From: an uncultured Candidatus Saccharibacteria bacterium
GTDB taxonomy: Bacteria > Patescibacteriota > Minisyncoccia > Phycocordibacterales > UBA9973
Reading direction: 5' to 3'
DNA: 47,398 nt
Assembly (NCBI GenBank): GCA_964395435.1
Contig: CAYNAO010000003.1
Coordinates: 1 to 47,398 of the forward strand
Position numbers and translations under genes: made by a program. Position 1 is the stretch's first letter. Every line of letters starts with the position of its first letter. Under the pieces are notes generated by a model. The model did not search any database. It saw only the letters and a program-made list of their open reading frames with translations, and was not told the DNA's origin. This document shows, piece by piece, positions 27,401 through 34,482 of this stretch.

Positions 27401-30400
27401 GTTATTGATCAGAATTCAAATAAAGTTCGTGAGTCAAAAACATATTATGATGGTGAAATTTTAGGTAATGTTGATATAGGAAATATTACTAAAGTTGAAA
27501 AATGGAAAGATGGAAATAATTATGTTGATACAGAAAAAACTTATGATGGTGTTTATGGTTTACCTATTACAATTACAGATGAAAGGGGAAATGTAACAAA
27601 TTATTCTTATGATCAATACAATCTCTATCCTGAAACTATTACAGATGCATTATCTTATGCTACTAATTATTTATATGATTATTCTTCTGGAAAAGTTAAA
27701 CAAACCATTACTCCAGATAATTTAACTTTCCAAACAGTATACGATGGACTAGATAGAGTAAAAGAAGAAAAAGTTCCGAATTTAGAATTTCCATTTGCTC
27801 CAGTAGTTAAAACTAGTTACCAATATATTGATAATGCAGGTGCTATTTCGATTATTCAAAATAATTATTTAGATGATTATAATCAAGTTGTAATTTATCA
27901 ATATTTTGATGGATTAAATAGACTGATTCAAGAAAGAAAAGAAACTGAAGGTTGGGATGAATATGCTACTAGAGATATTGTTTACAATTCAATTAATAAA
28001 ATAGAAAAAGAATCTTTACCATATATATCTAATGGAACAAGTAAAACTTCACCAACTACAATAAATAATTTGTATAAAAATTATACTTATGATGCAAATT
28101 ATAGAGTAGTAAATATTACAGATAGTATAGGTAATACTAATCATTCTTATGATGATTGGAAAACTACAATTACAGATCCAAATGGAAATATAAAACATTA
28201 TTATCGTGATGCTTACAGTAATTTAATTCGTGTTGATGAAATAAACGATACAGAAACTTATTCTACTTATTATGATTGGAATGGTAATCAAATGTTACTG
28301 AAAATTACAGATGCTTTAGGAAATGTTCGTAATTTTACTTATGATGGATTAAATAGAAGATTAACAGCAGAAGATTTACACCAAGTTAGTGATAACACTT
28401 TTGGAACTTGGTATTATTCTTATGATGATACTAGTAATTTAATTCAAGTAATTGATCCAAACGATAAAACTATTAATTATACTTATAACGACATTAATCA
28501 AAAATTAACTGAAGATGATATAGATACTACTGGGGTTGAAATTACATATTCATATAATGAATGTCTAAGTGGTATGTATTTGCTTTGTGGTGCTTTAATG
28601 ATTGATGGAAGTTATTTGCACTACACATACAATTCAAACAAAATCGTTGATGCTGAATTTAAAGAATTTGATGATGTAGATATGAAAATTTCTTATCATT
28701 ATGATAGACAGGGTAATTTAATTGAAATTATAAATCCTGATAAATCTGAAGTTAAATATAATTACGATTCAGCTGGACAAATTAATTATATTCAAAGAAA
28801 AGAAAGAGGCGATTGGAATTATAGTTATGTTATTCTCAATATTGATTATGGTCCAAACGGTAAGATTTCTTTGATTGAATACCCTAATGCAATTAAAACT
28901 AGATATCTATATGGCAATGATAATATGTATAGACTAAATAAAATAGTTACAACAAATTCAAGTAATATTTATTATGGTTCACCAAATACAGTTTATTTTT
29001 ATTCCAACAGATATGGTGATGGAAATATACAAAAATATAATACAGATTGGGATATTGCTCACGATTCAGATACCGGTTCTCCTAATGCTTCAAGTAATAT
29101 TAGTTATGTTAGAACTGGTAAGCATAGTGATAATTATTATGTTACAAGGGGATTGTTGCCTTTCGATACATCTACTTTACCAAGAGACGCTAATATAATT
29201 GATGCGAATTTAAGAGTCTATGTTCAAAATAAGAAAAATATTGACAATGATGGTAATGATTTTATAACTGTAGTTAACACAACTCAACAAAATGTGAATG
29301 AAATAAATCCCGAGGATTTTAATGAATTCGGAAATACAAATAATCCTATTGAAGGTATTGATGTTTCAGAGCGTAAAGATATAACAAATATATCTGAATA
29401 TGATTATTTAACTTTTAATTTAAATGAAACAGGAAGGTCTTGGATAGATAAAGTTTATTATACTAAATTAGGGTTAAGAGAAGGTCATGATGTATTAGAT
29501 GATTTGCCAGTTTCTCCAGATAATGAGACAGATTTTAATGAGGTAGAGTTTCGCACGGCAAATTACTCTAATGAAACATATGACCCTGTGCTTGAAGTAA
29601 CTTATACATTACCTCTTCCAACTGTTCTGCAAGACCTTGAATATACTTATGATGCAAATGGAAATATTATAGAAATTTTAGAAAATTCTAATACTGCATT
29701 GTCTAAGGATATGACATTAATTTATGATGATTTGAATAGGCTTAATTTGGTTACAGTTAATAATACCCCACAAGGTTACTTGCCTTACACTCAAACATTT
29801 AATTACAATGCTATTGGAAATATTTTATCTGGACCAGCAGGGACTTATGTTTACAGTAATAATAATTATACTAATCCACATGCACCTACAACTATATTTA
29901 ATTTACCTGCAAATAATAGACCTGTAATAGATTTAACGGGTGAAGATTTTGTTCAGTTGGTTGTAGGTGATACTTGGGCTGAGCCAGGTTATATGGCTAC
30001 TGATTTTGAAGATGGTAATTTAACTAATAGTGTTAATGTATTAGGAGATGTAGATACAAATGAAGCTGGTGTTTATCAATTAGTTTATTCTGTTTTGGAT
30101 TCTAATAATCAACCTGCTACTAATAAAATTAGAACAGTGTTTGTTAGAGATGTATATACTCCTTCATATATGTCTGTTAAAACCTTAGTTGTTGCTGGAG
30201 GTGGTTCAGGAGGACAAGCATCTTATTATGGTTCTGGTGGTGGAGGTGCTGGTGGTTTGTTGTATGAGTTAGATTATGAGGTTTTCGATCAGTCTTATCC
30301 TATTGTTGTTGGTTCTGGTGGTATAAATTGGACAAATGGTCAAAATTCTAGTTTTGATAATCTGGTAGCAATCGGCGGAGGACGAGGAGGGTCCTTGAGT

Positions 30401-32428
30401 GCTGGAAGTAAAAATGGAGCTTCTGGTGGCTCTGGTGGAGGTGGTTCAGGTGATGGTGTCGGAGGAAGTGGAATAGGTGGGCAGGGTTATTCCGGTGGTG
30501 GATCTTGGCTTAATTCTGGCGGAGGAGGTGGAGCTTCTTCTTCTGGCTACGATGGTGGAGTTAATCCTCCTGCTTCTAATGGAGGGAATGGTTTCACTAC
30601 AGACATAACTGGTTATAGTGTTTGTTATGCTGGTGGTGGGGGAGGTTTAAGGAATGGAGAAGGAACTGGTTTAGGTGTTTGTGGTGGTGGTAATGGTAGC
30701 TATTATGGTAATGACGCTACTCCTAATACTGGAGGTGGAGGTGGAGGTAGTGGTGCTTCTGGAAGTAGAAATGGTGGTTCTGGTATTGTTGTAATATCTT
30801 ATAAAACTGATGAAAGCAACGGAGTATCTCCACAATCTACTGGTGGAATAAAAACAACAGTTGGTGAATATACAATTCATAAATTTTTAAGCACTGATAC
30901 TTTTACTGTAGTTCCTGCAACTAATCCTCCTCCAAATGAAAGACCAGAAATTAATCTTAATGGTAATGATTTTATTGAATTAGAAATTAATGATACTTGG
31001 ACAGATCCAGGTTATACTGCTTTTGATGAAGAGGATGGAGATATTACTTCTCTTGTTGTGGCAGATGGTGTTGTGGATACTTCTACTTTAGGCATATACA
31101 CTATAGTGTATAGTGTAGAAGATTCACAAAATGTTCCAGCTTCAAGTAAAATAAGAACAATTTGGGTTAAAGATACTTTTAGTAATCCAAATATAGAACT
31201 ATCTTATGATAACAACGGAAACTTAATAGAAAAAGGTGAAGATCAATATGTTTGGAATTATAAAAATCAACTAATTGAATCAATAGTAAATGAAGAAGAA
31301 ATTTCATATACTTATGACCACAACGGTAACAGACTAAAAACCCAAAAAGGTAACGATAAAACATTCTTCCTAACCAAATACTACGAAATAGACCCAAGTG
31401 GTAAAATAATCAATAACATCTATGCAGGCAATCAATTACTTGCTACAATAGAAAAGGAAGGAGGATTAGTTGTTCCTTATTACATACATACAGACCACTT
31501 AAACTCTACAAACTTAATAACCAATGATAATACAGAAATAGTAAACCTTATTGATTATTACCCATTTGGAGAAACAAGAATCAAAGAAGGAAATTTTGAT
31601 TCAAAGAGAGAATACATTGGTCAAGTATATGACGAAGATACAGGACTTAATTATCTTAATGCTAGATATTATAATAATGTATCAGGGCAGTTTATATCTC
31701 AGGATCCGGTATTTCTTGTTATGGGTGATGCAAAGAAAACTGAAGAAGTCACAAAGATGAAACTAGAGAATGTTTTGATGGACCCACAGTCTTTAAATTC
31801 TTATTCTTATGCAAGAAATAATCCGATTGTTTATTCTGATCCAGAAGGAAAATTTGCACAATTGTTGCTTGGTGCTGGAGCAGGGTTGGTTGGCCAATAT
31901 GGTTATGATGTTTACAACAACATTCAAGCAAACGGGTTTAGTGCAAGTGCTTTTGTTCCAAGTTCTAGTGGTGGAACATATATAACTAGAGCAATACAAG
32001 GAGCACTTGTTGCAGGGGCTGGTATAGGAGCAAGCGCAATAACCAGCAATACTATTGGACAAGCGGCAACTGTTGGAATTGCATCAGGGTTAACTGGCGC
32101 AGGTGGTAATTATATTCTTGGACAAACAACAACATCACAATCAGTTGTAACAGATGCCGTAATTGGAGGTTTGACTTTTGGAGTAGTAAAGTCAGCTCCA
32201 TTGGTATCAGGTAGATTACCAAACTTGGGAACAGGAGCGTTTTTTGCAGGAAAACATACACAACAAAGTGCTATGCAATTAGGTGTTGATGCTGTTGCTT
32301 CTTATATTAGTTCACTGGTCGGTAGTTTCTCGTTAAATAGAAGTTATGTAAAACCAAACACGACTGTAAATAATCAAAGTTCGCATTCTACTTCTGGCCA
32401 ATTATTAAAAATTAAGAATACTCAATAA
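24488..32428 (+). CDS. secreted SpvB/TcdB-like plus RHS/YD-repeat polymorphic toxin (2646 aa) with inserted binding-like modules and a glycine-zipper C-terminal domain
   Basis: Signal peptide. SpvB-like GGLVYNFEIKTPPGRNGFNPKISLNYNS. FG-GAP/VCBS-like DINGDGL(T/I/V)D repeats. Many YD repeats (YDGLNRL, YDANGNI, YDHNGNR). RHS core end YIGQVYDEDTGLNYLNARYYNNVSGQFISQDP...NNPIVYSDPEGKF, followed by a roughly 190-aa Gly/Ala-rich tail. Confidence 0.88.
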   Translation: MQQLLHPYIKQLATFLTIVSFFLAPLAPIFAQEAISNPEQSNTEEINNTSIDTNNTNEINTGTVEESNTINQEDNLSNASNEEIPISNEEESNGLNEEPQNPEPLTNPSGGFGNDTRDLPNINLPQIDKASGGLVYNFEIKTPPGRNGFNPKISLNYNSQENDNQNIFGYGWGVDIPYIKRLNKTGIDKLYIDNYFYSSLSGELVLVSGNTYAPKVEDGKFLTYNFDGTYWTIKNKEGMIYKFGENPSARQNNTDDTKTFKWMLEETRDTNDNYIKYEYYKDEGQIYPESIIYTGNGNVDGIFSISFLRESRNDNILQNYAVFNVKTNYRINEIQTKINGNWVSKYELDYVNGDNGKRSLLSSIIESGKDETLNIVVLPALEFSYQTITSGPDFVSDFSWSSSPSQTLFTDPSYGTIIADVNNDGLPDLLESWQNQDYWYRGTYLNNGDGTWTEDENLEPPFPFAGEAPIHEFGIRAADINGDGLTDIVQSYNNGPGQSNTIQRVYINTGTSWYLNNNWEPKCFFSGWPMGDPGCRLFDINGDNLPDFVQAIGDNSWNPPITTQVYLNNGNGWNSLDNTWNIPIDLRPGVMIVDYNGDGLVDFLKGYKNPSPNPPIDIKQAYKNNGDKTWSLDSAYAPPIAFAVQTNQSALPLSTGTELADINGDGLIDILKGTETESGVHLNSGTGWYFSTSWDFGYGSAPQYTPSPVRLGDFDGDGMIDKFNSASGSSTLSRNQKKRADLMIIAENQYGGVTDIEYKATPKYVNSNGDLLNPDLPFVMMTVYQTTSNPGQGNPNIINTYLYEGGDYYFNNNLDKRFSGFNKISENDSLNKTITYFHQGNQTDSTNGEYEDHPSKIGKAYRIESYNNSGNLYNAVVNKWDRYNQDTGRDFVKLNRKTNLTYDGDNDHKDTSEEYVFEDTYGNLTQRVFWGEVNANNDGTFTDTGNDKYTEEITYANNTNEYIVGLPAQDVVIDQNSNKVRESKTYYDGEILGNVDIGNITKVEKWKDGNNYVDTEKTYDGVYGLPITITDERGNVTNYSYDQYNLYPETITDALSYATNYLYDYSSGKVKQTITPDNLTFQTVYDGLDRVKEEKVPNLEFPFAPVVKTSYQYIDNAGAISIIQNNYLDDYNQVVIYQYFDGLNRLIQERKETEGWDEYATRDIVYNSINKIEKESLPYISNGTSKTSPTTINNLYKNYTYDANYRVVNITDSIGNTNHSYDDWKTTITDPNGNIKHYYRDAYSNLIRVDEINDTETYSTYYDWNGNQMLLKITDALGNVRNFTYDGLNRRLTAEDLHQVSDNTFGTWYYSYDDTSNLIQVIDPNDKTINYTYNDINQKLTEDDIDTTGVEITYSYNECLSGMYLLCGALMIDGSYLHYTYNSNKIVDAEFKEFDDVDMKISYHYDRQGNLIEIINPDKSEVKYNYDSAGQINYIQRKERGDWNYSYVILNIDYGPNGKISLIEYPNAIKTRYLYGNDNMYRLNKIVTTNSSNIYYGSPNTVYFYSNRYGDGNIQKYNTDWDIAHDSDTGSPNASSNISYVRTGKHSDNYYVTRGLLPFDTSTLPRDANIIDANLRVYVQNKKNIDNDGNDFITVVNTTQQNVNEINPEDFNEFGNTNNPIEGIDVSERKDITNISEYDYLTFNLNETGRSWIDKVYYTKLGLREGHDVLDDLPVSPDNETDFNEVEFRTANYSNETYDPVLEVTYTLPLPTVLQDLEYTYDANGNIIEILENSNTALSKDMTLIYDDLNRLNLVTVNNTPQGYLPYTQTFNYNAIGNILSGPAGTYVYSNNNYTNPHAPTTIFNLPANNRPVIDLTGEDFVQLVVGDTWAEPGYMATDFEDGNLTNSVNVLGDVDTNEAGVYQLVYSVLDSNNQPATNKIRTVFVRDVYTPSYMSVKTLVVAGGGSGGQASYYGSGGGGAGGLLYELDYEVFDQSYPIVVGSGGINWTNGQNSSFDNLVAIGGGRGGSLSAGSKNGASGGSGGGGSGDGVGGSGIGGQGYSGGGSWLNSGGGGGASSSGYDGGVNPPASNGGNGFTTDITGYSVCYAGGGGGLRNGEGTGLGVCGGGNGSYYGNDATPNTGGGGGGSGASGSRNGGSGIVVISYKTDESNGVSPQSTGGIKTTVGEYTIHKFLSTDTFTVVPATNPPPNERPEINLNGNDFIELEINDTWTDPGYTAFDEEDGDITSLVVADGVVDTSTLGIYTIVYSVEDSQNVPASSKIRTIWVKDTFSNPNIELSYDNNGNLIEKGEDQYVWNYKNQLIESIVNEEEISYTYDHNGNRLKTQKGNDKTFFLTKYYEIDPSGKIINNIYAGNQLLATIEKEGGLVVPYYIHTDHLNSTNLITNDNTEIVNLIDYYPFGETRIKEGNFDSKREYIGQVYDEDTGLNYLNARYYNNVSGQFISQDPVFLVMGDAKKTEEVTKMKLENVLMDPQSLNSYSYARNNPIVYSDPEGKFAQLLLGAGAGLVGQYGYDVYNNIQANGFSASAFVPSSSGGTYITRAIQGALVAGAGIGASAITSNTIGQAATVGIASGLTGAGGNYILGQTTTSQSVVTDAVIGGLTFGVVKSAPLVSGRLPNLGTGAFFAGKHTQQSAMQLGVDAVASYISSLVGSFSLNRSYVKPNTTVNNQSSHSTSGQLLKIKNTQ
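31331..31712 (+). repeat. RHS core-end segment duplicated at 32916-33297 (roughly 95% identical by eye)
   Basis: agactaaaaacccaaaaaggtaacgataaaacattcttcctaacc... matches 32916 onward with scattered substitutions. Similarity ends at gatccggt. Confidence 0.85.
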
Positions 32429-32430
32429 CT

Positions 32431-32850
32431 ATGAATATTTATAAAGCAAATAGGTTCTATACCTTACCAATATTATTTGTTCCGCTATTAGCGATAATAC
32501 CCTTATTAGAAGGAGGAGTCCCATTAGATCAAAAAAGATTGATTGGGTATTTGATATTATCAGGATTATCAATTTTATTAGCTATAATTCCATTTTTTGC
32601 AAGACTCGAAGTAGGTGTAGATTATGTAAAAAATCATTTTCTGGGATTTTGTATAAGCACAATTAAAATAGACGATGTTATTGATATAAATTATGGAAAT
32701 TTGTTCAAGGGAGGTCTTGGTTATGGAAAAGGATTAAATATCAGAGTTAGGAAGGGTCTTGGAAAAAACCACTCAATAAGTGAAAAAATTTGGGGCAAAG
32801 AAGCCATTGAACACGCAAAGCGTGTTTTGGAAAATAAACAAAATACCTAA
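32431..32850 (+). CDS. putative cognate immunity protein (membrane protein)
   Basis: Starts 2 nt after the RHS stop codon. Has two N-terminal TM helices (FYTLPILFVPLLAIIPLL and LIGYLILSGLSILLAIIPFF). The assignment rests on position only. Confidence 0.5.
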   Translation: MNIYKANRFYTLPILFVPLLAIIPLLEGGVPLDQKRLIGYLILSGLSILLAIIPFFARLEVGVDYVKNHFLGFCISTIKIDDVIDINYGNLFKGGLGYGKGLNIRVRKGLGKNHSISEKIWGKEAIEHAKRVLENKQNT

Positions 32851-32894
32851 AAAATTACTTTCTTATATTTTTTAAAAATCTTTCCTTGTTGTAA

Positions 32895-33938
32895 ATAGAG
32901 TCTAAAGCTATATACAGACTAAAAACTCAAAAAGGTAACGACAAAACATTCTTCCTAACCAAATACTACGAAATAGATCCAAGTGGTAAAATAATTAAAA
33001 ACATCTATGCAGGCAATCAATTACTTGCTACAATAGAAAAGGAAGGAGGATTAGTTGTTCCTTATTACATACATACAGACCACTTAAACTCTACAAACTT
33101 AATAACCAATGATAATACAGAAATAGTAAACCTTATTGATTATTACCCATTTGGAGAAACAAGAATAAAACAAGGAAATCTTGATTCAAAGAGAGAATAC
33201 ATAGGTCAAGTATATGACGAAGATACAGGACTTAATTATCTTAATGCCAGATATTATAATAATGTATCAGGGCAATTTATTGGTCAAGATCCGGTGTTTT
33301 GGGAATTAGGTCAAAGTGAAGATGGTAAAAAAGTATTATTAAATCCACAAGCACAAAATTCTTATGCTTATGCGAATAATAATCCAATAAACTTTAGTGA
33401 CCCTACAGGAAGAGTAGTAGATACAGCAGTAGATTTAGCGTTTATATTTTATGATGCATATAAATTAACTGAAGCTATTGTAACTGGAGGTAATGTAAAA
33501 CAAGAATTACAAGCTTTAGCATTAGATGTTAGTAGTATAGCCTTACCTGGAGTTACGGGGTTGGGGTTGGGGGTTAGGGCTGTAAATAAAGCAGATAATA
33601 TAGTAGATGCTGGACAAGTAATTAAAAAAGTTGAGAAAACTTCACAAAATACTTTAGAAGTTGGTAAGTACGCAGATGATAAAATACCAGCACGAAGTCA
33701 GGCAAGAGATTTTACAAAAGCAGAACGAGATCAAATCAATTCAATAGGAAAAAATACTGGATGTCATACTTGTGGTAACAAAATACCTGGTACAAAGAGT
33801 GGAAATTTTGTTCCAGACCATCAGCCTGTTTCTGCTACTGTGCCAAAAAATGTACCACAAAATTTGTATCCTCAATGTATTAATTGTAGTCGAGTACAAG
33901 GTGGGCAAGTTAGAAGTATACAATCTAAATTACCTTAA
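32895..33938 (+). CDS. orphan RHS C-terminal cassette: RHS core end, PT-TG-like region and a Cys-rich putative nuclease toxin; no start codon at its 5' end
   Basis: The frame is open from 32895 and encodes RLKTQKGNDKTFFLTKYYEIDPSGK...ARYYNNVSGQFIGQDP, then NNPINFSDPTGR and ALPGVTGLGLG. The tail is GCHTCG...FVPDHQP...CINCSRVQGG. The first ATG/GTG/TTG in frame is the GTG at 33294. Confidence 0.7.
   Translation: MESKAIYRLKTQKGNDKTFFLTKYYEIDPSGKIIKNIYAGNQLLATIEKEGGLVVPYYIHTDHLNSTNLITNDNTEIVNLIDYYPFGETRIKQGNLDSKREYIGQVYDEDTGLNYLNARYYNNVSGQFIGQDPVFWELGQSEDGKKVLLNPQAQNSYAYANNNPINFSDPTGRVVDTAVDLAFIFYDAYKLTEAIVTGGNVKQELQALALDVSSIALPGVTGLGLGVRAVNKADNIVDAGQVIKKVEKTSQNTLEVGKYADDKIPARSQARDFTKAERDQINSIGKNTGCHTCGNKIPGTKSGNFVPDHQPVSATVPKNVPQNLYPQCINCSRVQGGQVRSIQSKLP
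32916..33297 (+). repeat. second copy of the RHS core-end segment (homology arm of the orphan cassette)
   Basis: See 31331-31712. Same reading frame as the orphan ORF. Confidence 0.85.
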
Positions 33939-33940
33939 TA

Positions 33941-34315
33941 ATGAATATGAATATTAACTCAAAAAAAATAACTGTTGAAATCTTAGAAGTTTGTGCTACT
34001 CATAATGTTAATCCTGTATTAGTAGACAACAATCAACTAGTAGCTGTATCTGAAGGGGTTTTAGAAGGAGATTTGGTTGAAGGTGTTCGATATAATTCTC
34101 CTGAACATATGAGTGGTTGGTGGCTAACTACGGAAAAATATAATGGAGATATAAATACAATTAAGACAGAACATTTTTATCATTTATTAGAAAAAAGACC
34201 AGATTTGGTAAAATATTTGGCATTACCTTATGGATTTAGATTTTTTCAAAAAGGATATAAAGATGGTCCTGAAAAAATTTGGTTTGACGAAAAAATAGCA
34301 AAAAATGAAATTTAA
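33941..34315 (+). CDS. putative immunity protein of the orphan toxin
   Basis: Starts 2 nt after the orphan toxin stop. A 124-aa soluble acidic protein containing SGWWLTTEKY. The assignment is mainly positional. Confidence 0.5.
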   Translation: MNMNINSKKITVEILEVCATHNVNPVLVDNNQLVAVSEGVLEGDLVEGVRYNSPEHMSGWWLTTEKYNGDINTIKTEHFYHLLEKRPDLVKYLALPYGFRFFQKGYKDGPEKIWFDEKIAKNEI

Positions 34316-34398
34316 ATTCCTTTTTTATATCAGACTAATAACTATTTTTAATTTTAATTTCCTTTTATTATTTCCATCCGAACTTCATCCCACGTGTG

Positions 34399-34441
34399 GA
34401 GCAGATTAATTTGGTGAAAGCGACCTGAGTGCGTCACTAAA
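34399..34441. repeat. direct repeat DR2 (partner of 24295-24337)
   Basis: See DR1. Confidence 0.8.
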
Positions 34442-34474
34442 CATGAAAGAGCCTTATTTAGGCTCTTTCATGTT
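34440..34474. terminator. bidirectional terminator
   Basis: aacatgaaagagcc-ttattta-ggctctttcatgtt with a 14-bp stem. Lies 9 nt beyond the stop of the minus-strand ABC ATPase gene. Confidence 0.7.
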
Positions 34475-34482
34475 TTAAGTTC

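Noticed and set aside
34370-34404. Considered whether the sequence just upstream of DR2 (ccgaacttcatcccacgtgtggagca) is a duplicated tRNA-Asn 3' half, which would extend the att repeat.
   Set aside because: There is only loose resemblance to ggttcgatccctacctcccgagca, and no T-stem pairing. I therefore count only the 43-bp repeat as supported.
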